In this document: in pieces, positions 1 to 10,462 of the stretch
How positions within the stretch are numbered: position 1 is the first letter of the stretch
How the letters are laid out: each line of letters starts with the position of its first letter
Assembly: GCA_963695555.1 (NCBI GenBank)
Contig: CAVOGR010000012.1
Coordinates: 1 to 64,000, forward strand
Direction: 5' to 3'
Origin: an uncultured Gemmatimonadales bacterium
Lineage (GTDB): Bacteria > Gemmatimonadota > Gemmatimonadetes > Gemmatimonadales > GWC2-71-9
DNA: 64,000 nt
Notes under the pieces: model-generated
Database searches by the model: none
Told to the model about the DNA's origin: nothing
The model's input: the letters and a program-made list of their open reading frames with translations, nothing else
Position numbers and translations under genes: made by a program

Positions 1-703
1 TTTTGGCAGTAATCAGCTGTAAAGTGAATCACGGGCGGAGTTTTCGCGCGCTCCGTTCGGCCGTCCCGGGGCCCCCCGCGACGCAATAGTATACGACCCT
101 TCACCACAGTGACAACTTGTCAGCCCGTCTCACCCCGCGCCACGACCAGCGGCGCGCGGACCCAATTCACCCTTCGACTGCCCCGCCACGCGACCGTCAC
201 CCGCCCCGATACCCGCCGGTTCGCCAGCATCGGCGTCTCGGTTCGGACCCATCGTGTTACCCGAATGAATCCGAGAAACGCGTCGGCAACCCGCTTGTCG
301 GTGATGTCGATCGTGCACCACTTGACCGGGCCGGTTCGCTGTCCCTCGCGATGGCTTGCTCCACCTCTCGTTCAAGCGGGCCACCTATGCGCCCCGTAAT
401 CGGTGAGGGGCGTGGGCACTGACGCCCGACTTCATGACATGGAGCCAGCACAGTTTCCGGCTGCCCACGCAAACTCCCAGGCCCAGTGCCACTTGGGTCC
501 CAGGTATCGCACGTTCTCCCCGATACCCTTTTCGCCCTTAAACCTCTTCGGACATCGATTTGCGCTGTTGGTAGGAAGTTGCTTGTACGGAGCATATGGA
601 ACTGGCGGGGTGGAGGTAGAGGTTGCTCCTCCAGAAAGATGATGATTTCCCCACGCAGACGCTCCAGTTCGAAAGGAGGGCGGACATGCACCTGAGAAGG
701 TAA

Positions 704-1626
704 TTAGGACCCAGTCTTGTGCACTGCGGCATGGACCCATGGTCTCCAATACCAATCCAGAGAACTCGCCCCGGCCCCGCAGTGGTCTGAGAGCAAGTTG
801 CGACTGCGTTGGGCCCGGTAGGACCGGCGAGCCAGAGCGGTGATGCGGCGTATCCGCCGGACTGTTTCTGGCCCGCGACCGGGCGCGCGAGCGCGTTCCA
901 AATAGCGGTATACCTCGATGCCCATGGCCGCTGAAGAGCGCAGCCTCGCGTCCATCCAAGTCGGCACGGAAGGCCGACTTCGCGCAGCGACCGCACTACC
1001 GTGTCCGGTTGCTGGCGTCTTGAAGAAATCAATGGCCCAGAGCGCGCGCTCCCAGGTGCGGGCAAAGCGCCGGTCCAGTTGAGCACCCGGAGCCGGACCA
1101 GCCGCGGGGCCGCTGCGGACCACGCGGCCTTCGGTGCGCGCCCGCCATACTTCGTAGCTCATGATGGCCACGGCTTGCGCCAGGTTGAGCGAGCGGTAGG
1201 CGGAAGAGGTAGGAATCACCGCCATGCCGTGGCATGAATCGAGTTCGGCGTTGGGTCAACCCCTTGTCTTCCCGACCCACCACCATTGCCACTGGGCCTT
1301 TGGAGCACGTCACCGTCGGGTCAGTTCTCTGCCGCATCCAAGGCGTGAGGGTGCTGCCGCTTGCCGCCGCTTCGTGTCGTGAGCGCCACGGAATAGACGC
1401 AATCCCCGAGTGCGGAGCCGAGGTCGTCGTGAAGCTCGATCTGCTCCACGACATGCCGGTGTTGTGGGCGATGCCCTCGATACGGTAGGCATCGAACACC
1501 CGCGGTCGCACCGACCGGAATCAGACCATCAGGAAGTTCTTGGCGATTCGGACGGCGCTCGATGTTGACGATGTCTTGCGGCTCGACGAGCACGAGCACG
1601 GAGACAGGTGGCGTGATGCCGCTCAT
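704..1626 (-). pseudogene. TrmJ/TrmH-family (SPOUT) RNA methyltransferase, split by several frameshifts (likely sequencing errors)
   Basis: Fragments in different frames: VLVEPQDIVNI, VVGREDKGLT, IPTSSAYRSLNLAQAVAIMSYE (SPOUT motifs). 3' end approximate. Confidence 0.8.
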
Positions 1627-1653
1627 CGGGACATGGGCCTGGGTTGGGCGGAG

Positions 1654-2506
1654 TCATTCCCTGATCTCCACGCCGACTTCCCGCTCGTTCAGCTTGATGA
1701 CCTCGAGGTAGTCGGCTTCCTCACCAGCTCATTCGCCGCATCGTGCAGCAACTCGCTCACGCGGTGGAGCACCGGCCTCGAACGCCGGCCTCCTCGAGCA
1801 CGGCCAGGGCGATGCGAGCATCCTCTGCGAGCAAGGCGAGCCGGAAGGTGGCGGGCCACGCGCCTGACCGTGGGATCAACCGCTCACTCACAAAAGACCG
1901 CCCGCTCGAGGCATTGAGCACCTGCACCGCGCGGCACCCACCTTGACCAACGCCGCCAAGGCCCTCGCCGAGCGCCAGGATGTTGGTGGCCGGCGCTGCC
2001 TGGTTCACGGCCTTGAGGGCGTGCCCTGTGCCAACGGGACCGATGTGCTCGACCTCGACGCGAACGCCGAAAAGATCGCCGAAGCACGGGCAAACGCTGC
2101 ATCGGTTCCTCCAACCATCACGGTGAGGGTCCCGGCCTCTGCCCCGTCCGCTAGCAGGGGGCGTCCGCGAACCCGACTCCACGTCGGGCCAGGTCGTCGG
2201 CTATTCGCCTGGACCTGGCGGGGTCGCCCGAAGTGCAATCGACCACCAAGCTGTCCGAAGCAAGTCCTTCCGCCAGCCCCCAGTCCCGGCCCCCAGCGCC
2301 TCGGCCACCTCGGCCGAGGTGGGGAGGCAGGTAAATGGCGGCATCAACCCGGTGGGCGAGGGCGCGCGGCGTGTCCGCCCACTCTGCCCATAGTGGGCCG
2401 CGAATGGCACGGGCCGCCCGATATCGTCCGATTCCAAGCGGTCCTGGTCGACCAGATGGCTCGCCATGGGCGTCCAATCGCCCCCAGCGAGAAAGCCGAT
2501 TCGCAT
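1654..2506 (-). pseudogene. NAD(P)-dependent oxidoreductase, 3-hydroxyisobutyrate dehydrogenase family, frameshifted
   Basis: MRIGFL start, VDCTSGDP, GAEAGTLTVMVGG, ALKAVNQ and ADYLEVIK pieces spread over several frames. Confidence 0.8.
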
Positions 2507-2526
2507 GAAGTACAGCCGGGCGGAAA

Positions 2527-3030
2527 CTAGGCCGAGTGCCGACCCGCCGACTCCGCGAGTTCCTTGTCGACCATGAAGAGCCCGGGCGCGCTGTCTCCTA
2601 CCATCCGAAGGGTCTCCACGATTTGACTCGCGGTCTTCTCCTCTTCAACCTGTTCGGTAATGAACCACTGGAGGAGAGCCTGACTTGCGTAATCGCGTTC
2701 CTTCGCGGCCAGGTCGTACAGGCTATGGATTTGGGCCGACACGGCGGCTTCATGAGAGGCGGTAAACTCGAAGGCCTCGAGCGCTGAGCGCGAATTCGAG
2801 GCGCGGCTGGGCAAGGGCCTGGAGCGCCACGCGGCCGCCACGTACTCGACATGGTCGATGAACTTCATGGCATGGCTAGTCCTTTGCGCTGGATCCGCAT
2901 CCAGTGGCAAGCCCACCCCCAATTCTTTGGGCTGAAGAAAGTTGCCATCGACAAGTAGAGGTAGGCCGACTCGAGTTCCGACTCGAATCTGCTGGTTCAT
3001 CGCGTCCTGCATTGCGGCGCTGAGCTTCTA
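2527..3030 (-). CDS. ftnA: Non-heme ferritin (FtnA type), with local indel damage
   Basis: MQDAMNQQI, HAMKFIDHV, LQWFITEQVEEEK, LFMVDKEL. The true start appears damaged near 3030. Confidence 0.85.
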
Positions 3031-3142
3031 TCTCCAATGGGGGTATTCACTCGACCTCGTGCGAGGATCTGGTGAGTCTTACCCGAATGCCGCCAATTCT
3101 CAAGGCTGGACCGAGCCCATCCTGGAGACGAGGCCGTAACTG

Positions 3143-3900
3143 ATGCGACGGATGCAATGGGGACACCTCCTCACCGCGGGCCTTGGCGCGGTGCTGGTCT
3201 TGTTCATCGTCGGGCCACTGCTCCGGCTCTTGTTCAAGGCATCGCCCGCTGGCCTGATGGCAGCATTTCAAGACCCCGAGTTGGGTCTCGCGCTCGCTCT
3301 GTTCCACGGCAACGACCGCCGCCATCGGCATCCTCCTGGGTGTGCCACTCGCGCACTTTCTGGCACGGACCAGGTTTCCCGGACGACGATTGTTCCAAGG
3401 CATCATCGACCTGCCGGTAGTCGTTCCCACCCTGTCGCCGGAATCGCCTTGGTGCCTCTTTCTCGGTCGGCGCTCACCGCTTGGAGGCGCCTTCGCGGCC
3501 GAGCTTGGCCTTGAATTCGTCAGTCATGTTCCGGGCATCGTCGCGGCCATGTTGTTCGTGTCGGCGCCGATCCTGGTGAGCGGGGCCCGGGAGGCGTTTG
3601 CTGCCGTGGACCCGCACCTCGAACGTGCGCTGGGTGACCGCCCGTGGACCGCCTTTCGCCATGCTCGCTCCCCTGGCCGGACGGGAGTCTTGGCGGCGTC
3701 GTTTCTCGCGTGGGCCCGAAGCGTGAGCGAATTGCGGGCGATCGTGGTGATCACCTACAATGCCCAAGGTGGCGAGCGTTTGTGTTCGATCGGTTCACGT
3801 CCTTCGGGTTGGGGGCGGCCATTCCCGCCGCAGTCATTCTCCTGCTGGTCGCCCTGGCCGTACTTCGCCATCGTGCGGCTGCTCGACACCGGGAGCTGGA
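3143..3900 (+). pseudogene. Molybdate/tungstate ABC transporter permease (ModB/WtpB-like), frameshifted
   Basis: PLAHFLARTRFPGRRLFQGIIDLPVVVP, AMLFVSAP, LAWARSVSE; hydrophobic segments. End approximate. Confidence 0.75.
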
Positions 3901-4234
3901 GCGACTCGGTTGGAAGCGGTGGGACTCCGTGTGGGCACGTTCGAGTTGCGGGACATCACCCTCGATGTCCCGCGGGGTGTATCGGCCTCGTGATCGGGCC
4001 GAGCGGCTCGGGTAAGACGACCCTGCTGGAGGCGGTGGCGGGACTTGCGCGAAGTCAAGAGCGGCCGAATTACCGTGCAAGGCGAAGACGTAACCAACCG
4101 CCCCGCCCCGAACGTCGGGGGGTGTGGGAGTGGTGTACCAACGCTACCACTTCCGCACTTCTCCGTTGCGGACAACATCCGCTGCGCCTGCCATCGTGGC
4201 CACGGTCAAGGCGACCGCTATCCACCTGGTCTAG
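3890..4234 (+). pseudogene. ABC ATPase (ModC/WtpC-like) with most of the central region missing
   Basis: Walker A GPSGSGKTTLL and PHFSVADNI are joined almost directly to a TOBE-like C-terminus VATVKATAIHLV-stop. Confidence 0.65.
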
Positions 4235-4284
4235 GTACTCAGAGGCGATGTCCTCGCGGACTCGTCCAAAGGAAATCATCAGCT

Positions 4285-5520
4285 GTGACGACCCGGATAC
4301 TCCACCTGGATCTCAATGCCTTCTTCGTCGAAGTGTGTCGGCGCCAGAACCCCGAGCTGCGCGAGGTCGACCTGCTCGTGGTTGGCGGGCGCCGCGACGA
4401 ACGCGGCGTCGTGCAGTCGGCCTCGTATGGCGCCAGGCGCTTCGGGATTGCCTCGGCATGCCGATCGCGCAGGCGGTGCGGCTGTGCCCCGAGGCGACGT
4501 TCGTTCAAGGAGAGTTCAAGCACTACCGGGCCGCGTCCAAGGCGGTACGGAGAATTCTCCGGGAGTACTCGCCGGTGGTGGTCATGGCATCGCTCGACGA
4601 GGCCTACTTGGATTTTTCGGGCACCGACCGTCTGCATCCTGGTTCGCTCCTGCCCGTGGCCGAGCAGATCCGGAATGCCGTGAAGCAAGAGACGGGGCTC
4701 GACGCAAGCATCGGGATCGGTCCCAACCGGATGATCGCCAAGATCGCCTCGGAAATGGCAAAGCCGCGTGGCTTGTTGGAAGTGCGCTCCGGTTCAGAAG
4801 GGCTTCATGGCCGGCCTGCCGCTCCGCGCGATCCCGGGCATCAGCACCAAAACCGCTCAGCGCTTGACCGGCTTAGGCCTCACGGACATCCACAGATCCA
4901 GGAACTCGACCTCACGAACTCGAGCGACTCGTCCATCCGGACCATGCGAAACTCCTGAAACTCCGCGCCCACGGCTACGGCGGCGTGGCCCTGCGAATTC
5001 CCGGATGCCAAAATCGGTCAGCCGGGAAGCGACGCTATCGACCGATGTGACGGACCGGGAGCGGCTCGAGGGACGGCTCGAACTCTTGACCGCGCGGGTG
5101 GCGGCGGCGCTTCGGGCGGACGCGCTCATGGCGCGCACGGTGACCCTCAAGCTTCGCCACGGCGATTTCCGCACCGTGACGCGGCAACGCACCCTCGGGG
5201 TCCCGACCGATCTAGACCGCGAGATGTGGGAGGCCGTGCGTGGGTTGTTTCGGGCAGCCTTCGGCGAGGTGGAACGCCGGGGGAAAGGCGTACGCCTGAT
5301 CGGGGTCGCGGCTACCAACCTCGCGCAGCCGCTGAGCCGGCTGATCTGTTCGAGCCACCGGACCGCCAACGCCTGCGCACGTTAACCGCCGCGGTCGACC
5401 GAGCCGGTCGAAATACGGCTTCAACGCCGTAACGCCGGGAAGTGAGTTTCGGACTCGACTGGCGTCCGGCAGCGAAGGCGAAGCCTCCACCGCGACACCC
5501 CCCGCACGGACCCCTAGTAG
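4285..5520 (+). pseudogene. dinB: DNA polymerase IV (Y family), frameshifted
   Basis: ILHLDLNAFF, SASYGARRFGI, ASLDEAYLD, AKIASEMAKPRG, TVTLKLRHGDF, VRLIGV. End approximate. Confidence 0.88.
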
Positions 5521-6006
5521 CGGCGCTGGAGCTCGTCCGGCCAACCGAAGTCCTTCGGCTCAAATCTGAGCCCGGATCGCCGATGCGGGGATCGACCTTC
5601 GGACCAAGGTCTTTGAAGCGGGCCACCCGTCCGTCCGGGGACCTGGCTTCCACGGTGGAATTGGTGAAGAGCGGGTAGTACCCGATGACGGCGCGGGTGG
5701 CCCCCGGGGGCACGGTGCAGGTGCTTGAACCGCGCCAGCATCCCCTCGGTCCACGCGATGCCCGGTCGCAGGACCTTGATGGCCAGCCGGCGGTGAAGCT
5801 CCTCATCCCAGACCTCGTACACCTCCGCGAACCCGCCGCGACCGATGAGGCGCCGCACGCCGTACTTGGGTCCGAGAGCCAGCGATAGCCTCGACTGGAT
5901 CTCGTGATCCAGCTCGGGGCGCTCGGCCGCGCCGGTCACCTTGGTGGCAGCAAGGGCGCCGCACTGGGAACAGAACGCGGCGTCTCGGGCGAGTGGCGCC
6001 CGGCAT
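5514..6006 (-). pseudogene. Zinc-ribbon Ser/Thr protein kinase remnant (N-terminus joined to an apparent C-terminus)
   Basis: [25 protein letters not shown] and ARFK are present; HRD and DFG are absent; the sequence then jumps to [13 protein letters not shown]... Confidence 0.7.
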
Positions 6007-6233
6007 TGGAGACGACGTCGATCGCTGTCGGCAGCGGGCCGCCAGGAATCAGGCCGCCCCGATGATCCTCGTTAAACTCAAACAAGACAATATTTTAGGT
6101 AACTCTCACATCGAGGTTTGCGCCGCGGGTGGCAGAGAGTTGCAACGAGGAAGGAAGACTGCGCCCGTGGCCCCCATTGTGGCCGGACCAGGACTTCGAT
6201 AACTTGCTGGACAGCTAGCAAGTTAGGAGCGCT

Positions 6234-6899
6234 ATGGCGGGTGTCACATCAACAACCGATCGGACGCGGGATCCGGTGCGCACGCGGGAGGCCATCCTCG
6301 ATGCCGCCGAGCAGTTGTTTGCCGCGCGAGGATATGAGTCGACCAGCCTGCAGGACGTCGGGGCGATGGCCGGCGTGTCCAGGGCCACGCCCGGCTACTT
6401 CTTCGGTTCGAAGGCCGATCTGTACCGTGCGGTGCTCGAACGATGTTTCGCCGCCGTCCGCGACGCCGTGCGCGAGGGCCGGCGCCGTACCCTGTCGAGC
6501 GGCAAGAGCGCCGAAGTCGTGCTGGCGGGCGTGGTCTCGGACTATTTCGATTTCATCACGGCCAACCCCAACCTCGTTCGCCTGATCGAGTGGGAGGCCT
6601 TGAGCGGCGGCAAGCACCTCCAGGAGCTCCCGCCGCATTTGGAAGCAGCTCAGGAAGCGCTAGGCGCGCTGCGCGAGGAGCTGGACTTGGAGCACGAATG
6701 GGGCGTGGATGCGAGTCAGCTCCTGCTGAGCGTGATCGGGCTCTGTTGGTTCCCGTTGGTCCACTCCGAAACTATCATGCGGGCCCTCGGCATCGATCCC
6801 GGCAACCAGGAATTTCTCGATGCCCGCAAGCGGCACGTAGTGGACCTCGTCCTGCACGGAATGGCGCATCGCGCATCGGCGCCCCTTTCAATTACCTGA
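6234..6899 (+). CDS. TetR/AcrR family transcriptional regulator
   Basis: REAILDAAEQLFAARGYESTSLQDVGAMAGVSRATPGYFFGSKADLY HTH; AGGAG SD upstream. Confidence 0.93.
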   Translation: MAGVTSTTDRTRDPVRTREAILDAAEQLFAARGYESTSLQDVGAMAGVSRATPGYFFGSKADLYRAVLERCFAAVRDAVREGRRRTLSSGKSAEVVLAGVVSDYFDFITANPNLVRLIEWEALSGGKHLQELPPHLEAAQEALGALREELDLEHEWGVDASQLLLSVIGLCWFPLVHSETIMRALGIDPGNQEFLDARKRHVVDLVLHGMAHRASAPLSIT

Positions 6900-6933
6900 C
6901 AATGGCACAACGACCCCCTACCAGGACCAACCC

Positions 6934-8802
6934 ATGACCGACGTCATCACCGCACCCGCACCGCACACGAGCCCGGAGGGCCGGTTGGCAACCGAGCAGG
7001 AGGCCCGGGACGTCGCCGAGGCCGCGCGGGAAAAGGAGTGGCAGGCCCCGAGCTTCGTCCGGCAGTTGTTCGAAGGTTCGTTCCTGCTCCACCTGGTCCA
7101 CCCGTTTCCCGAAATCGATCCGGCAGAGGAGGCGAGGGCGCGGCCCTTCATGGAGCGGCTCGAACGGTTCATGCGGGAGGAGGTCGACAGCGATCGGATC
7201 GACCGCGAGGGTCAGATCCCGCCTGAGGTAATCAAGGGGCTTCAGGAGATGGGCGCCTTTGGTATCAAGATCAGCGAGGAATACGGCGGACTCGGCCTGA
7301 GTCAGACCATGTATACCCACGCGATCGGGTTGGTCACCAGCCAGGACGGCAACCTCACCGCACTCCTCTCGGCCGCGCAGTCGATTGGAGTCCCCACGCC
7401 GCTCAAGCTGTTCGGCACCCCGGAACAGAAGAAGCGCCTATTGCCGCGCTGTGCCAAAGGGGCCATCTCGGCCTTCGCGCTCACCGAAACCAACGTCGGG
7501 TCCGATCCCGCCGCGATGACCACGACCGCAACACTGTCCGAGGACGGGACCCACTACATCCTGAACGGCGAAAAACTGTGGTGCACCAACGGCACGATCG
7601 CCGAGCTCCTCGTGGTGATGGCTCGGACCGGCAAGCGGGACATCTCGGCATTCATCGTCGAGAGCAGCTGGCCGGGGGTCGAGGTGGTGCAACGGCTCCA
7701 CTTCATGGGCCTCAAGGCTATCGAGAATGGGGTCATGCGGTTTACCAACGTGAAGGTCCCGGTCGAGAACCTCCTGTGGGGCGAGGGCAAGGGACTCAAG
7801 CTCGCCCTGATCACCCTCAACACCGGTCGCCTCACCCTACCCGCGTCGGCGGTGGCCGGCGCCAAGCGGTGTCTCGAGATCTCGCGCCGTTGGGGCTCCG
7901 AGCGGGTCCAATGGGGCCAGGCGATCGGGAAACATGACGCCATCGCCCAAAAGATTGGCCGGATGGCCGCTGACATCTTCGCCATGGAGTCGGTGAGCGA
8001 CCTCGCATCCCTCCTGGCCGATCGGGGCACCCACGACATCCGCCTCGAGGCGGCGATGGCCAAGATGTGGAACACCGAGATCGGTTGGCGCATCGTCGAT
8101 GATACGATGCAGATCAAGGGCGGGCGCGGCTATGAGACCGTGGACAGCCTGCGGAGCCGGGGTGACAGGCCGGACCCGGTCGAACGCATGATGCGCGACT
8201 ACCGGATCAACCTCGTGTTCGAAGGGTCGAGCGAGATCATGCGGTTGTTCATTGCCCGCGAGGCCGTCGATACCCATCTCGACGTTGCGGGGGACATCAT
8301 CAATCCCAAGGCATCGCTCGGCACCAAGCTCAAGGCCCTCGGCCGGGCTGGGGTCTTCTACGCCCGCTGGTATCCGAGCATGTGGCTGGGTTGGGGTCGA
8401 TGGCCCCGGTATGGAGAATTCGGCCCGCTGGCGACCCACGTCCGGTTCGTGAACCGGGCATCCCGCCGGCTGGGGCGGACCCTCTTTCACGCGATGGTCC
8501 GGTTCGGGGCGAAGCTGGAGAAACGGCAGGCGGTTCTGGGGCGGCTCGTCGAAATCGGCGCCGAACTCTTGGCCATCACGGCGGCGTGTTCCCGCGCCCA
8601 GGCCCTGGTGCAGAAGGATCCCTCGAATCGGGGGCCAGTCGAACTGGCCGATCTGTTCTCGCGGCATGCCCGGCGTCGAGTCGAGGACCGGTTCAGCTCG
8701 GTCTTCCGGAATGACGACGTCCGGACCTACGCCACGGCGCGCAAGGTACTGGACGACGCCTATCTTTGGCTCGAGGAGGGGATGGTTCGCTCAGACGCCT
8801 GA
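6934..8802 (+). CDS. Acyl-CoA dehydrogenase (long VLCAD/FadE10-like form)
   Basis: AFALTETNVGSD, LNGEKLWCTNG, GGRGYE, RINLVFEGSSEI. Confidence 0.95.
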   Translation: MTDVITAPAPHTSPEGRLATEQEARDVAEAAREKEWQAPSFVRQLFEGSFLLHLVHPFPEIDPAEEARARPFMERLERFMREEVDSDRIDREGQIPPEVIKGLQEMGAFGIKISEEYGGLGLSQTMYTHAIGLVTSQDGNLTALLSAAQSIGVPTPLKLFGTPEQKKRLLPRCAKGAISAFALTETNVGSDPAAMTTTATLSEDGTHYILNGEKLWCTNGTIAELLVVMARTGKRDISAFIVESSWPGVEVVQRLHFMGLKAIENGVMRFTNVKVPVENLLWGEGKGLKLALITLNTGRLTLPASAVAGAKRCLEISRRWGSERVQWGQAIGKHDAIAQKIGRMAADIFAMESVSDLASLLADRGTHDIRLEAAMAKMWNTEIGWRIVDDTMQIKGGRGYETVDSLRSRGDRPDPVERMMRDYRINLVFEGSSEIMRLFIAREAVDTHLDVAGDIINPKASLGTKLKALGRAGVFYARWYPSMWLGWGRWPRYGEFGPLATHVRFVNRASRRLGRTLFHAMVRFGAKLEKRQAVLGRLVEIGAELLAITAACSRAQALVQKDPSNRGPVELADLFSRHARRRVEDRFSSVFRNDDVRTYATARKVLDDAYLWLEEGMVRSDA

Positions 8803-8820
8803 CGTCAGGCCCGCATCCCG

Positions 8821-8860
8821 GAGCCCCCGCCGGCCACCGCCGACGGGGGCTCTCTTTCTT
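8821..8860 (+). terminator. Rho-independent terminator after the acyl-CoA dehydrogenase
   Basis: gagcccccg...cgggggctc stem followed by tctttctt. Confidence 0.75.
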
Positions 8861-9120
8861 CACGCGACGGCGGGTGCGGGCAGGATCGGAAGCGACTAGT
8901 TTTCAGCCGAGGCGGAGGGCCGTCCGGTGACGGAAGCGAGTTTCCTCCGACCTTCAGGCTTTTTTCCAACTTTCCATGCTATCTCTTGACCCGGAACCCT
9001 AGGAGGGTGCCCAAGAGCTTCGAGCTTTTCACTCCGGCAAGGATGCGCAGCATGGGACAAGAGACGCTGACCACCGACGAGCGGACTCCCGATGTTTATG
9101 AATCCGCGAGGAAACCCGAC

Positions 9121-10407
9121 ATGGCAGAAGAAACGCTGACCGTCAAGGACAACAGGACCGGAAAAGTCTATACGCTGCCCATCACGGACGGCACGGTCCG
9201 AGGGATGGATCTCCGGCAAATCAAAGTCTCGGAAGACGACTTTGGGCTGATGTCCTACGACCCGGCCTACATGAACACGGCGTCCTGTCGGAGCGCCATT
9301 ACGTTCATCGACGGCGACAAAGGGATCCTCCGCTACCGGGGATACCCCATCGAGCAAGTGGCGGAGCATTGCTCCTTCCTCGAAGTCGCCTACCTCGTGG
9401 CCGAAGGGGAGCTTCCGAAGCAAGCCCAGCTCGATAAGTGGGTCCATGATGTGACCTACCATACCTACGTCCACACCAACCTCACCAAGTTTTTGGAGGG
9501 CTTCCGGTACGACGCCCACCCCATGGGAGTGTTCTTGGGGACGGTCGGGGCGCTCTCCACGTTCTACCCCGATGCGAAGAACATCCACGATCCGGCCAAC
9601 CGCTACACCCAGCGCGTGCGGCTGATCGCCAAGCTGCCCACGATCGCGGCCTACGCGTTCAGGCAAGCCCACGGCCTTCCCATCGTGCTGCCGGACAACG
9701 ACCTCGATTACATCGCCAACTTCGTGAACATGACCTTCAGCATCGGCGGGAAACACAAACCCAACAAGGTGCTGCAGCGGGCGCTCGAGATCCTGCTGAT
9801 TCTCCATGCCGATCACGAGCAGAATTGCTCGACCAGCTCGGTCCGCGCGGTCGGGTCGTCGCACGTCGATCCGTTCTCCGCTATCGCAGCCGGCATCGGC
9901 GCCCTATATGGACCGCTGCACGGTGGCGCGAACGAAGCCGTGCTCCGCATGCTCGACGAGATTCCGGACAAAGCCGCCGTGCCGAAGTTCATGGAACGGG
10001 TCAAGGCCGGCGAGATGAGGCTCATGGGCTTCGGGCACCGGGTCTACAAGTCCTACGATCCGCGCGCCAAGCTGATCAAGCGAGTGGCCGATGAGGTCTT
10101 CGAGCAGACCGGCTTGAATCCGAAGCTGGAGATCGCGCTCGAGCTGGAACGGATTGCATTGCAGGACGACTATTTCGTCTCTCGAAAACTCTATCCCAAT
10201 GTGGACTTCTACTCCGGCCTGATTTATCAGGCGATGGGCTACCCGAGGGACTTCTTCACAGTCCTGTTTGCTCTCGGGCGGCTCCCCGGATGGTTGGCGC
10301 AGTGGGAAGAGATGTTGCTCGACAAGGAGCAGAAGATCGCTCGGCCGCGGCAAGTCTACGTGGGCAAGGACGAGCGCCAGTTCGTCCCGATGAAGAATCG
10401 CCGCTAG
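9121..10407 (+). CDS. gltA: Citrate synthase
   Basis: ITFIDGDKGILRYRGY, LHADHEQNCST, GPLHGGANE, MGFGHRVYK, YPNVDFYSG. Confidence 0.97.
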   Translation: MAEETLTVKDNRTGKVYTLPITDGTVRGMDLRQIKVSEDDFGLMSYDPAYMNTASCRSAITFIDGDKGILRYRGYPIEQVAEHCSFLEVAYLVAEGELPKQAQLDKWVHDVTYHTYVHTNLTKFLEGFRYDAHPMGVFLGTVGALSTFYPDAKNIHDPANRYTQRVRLIAKLPTIAAYAFRQAHGLPIVLPDNDLDYIANFVNMTFSIGGKHKPNKVLQRALEILLILHADHEQNCSTSSVRAVGSSHVDPFSAIAAGIGALYGPLHGGANEAVLRMLDEIPDKAAVPKFMERVKAGEMRLMGFGHRVYKSYDPRAKLIKRVADEVFEQTGLNPKLEIALELERIALQDDYFVSRKLYPNVDFYSGLIYQAMGYPRDFFTVLFALGRLPGWLAQWEEMLLDKEQKIARPRQVYVGKDERQFVPMKNRR

Positions 10408-10430
10408 CAACAGCGGCCGCGGGCGCGAAC

Positions 10431-10462
10431 AGCCCGGCGGGCCCTATGGGTCCCGCCGGGCT
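10431..10462. terminator. Hairpin between convergent gltA and speA, overlapping the speA stop
   Basis: agcccggcggg...cccgccgggct inverted repeat. Confidence 0.65.

Noticed and set aside
100..700. Possible frameshifted minus-strand gene downstream of the RNA methyltransferase
   Set aside because: No recognisable family motif in any frame, and sequence quality here is too poor to call.
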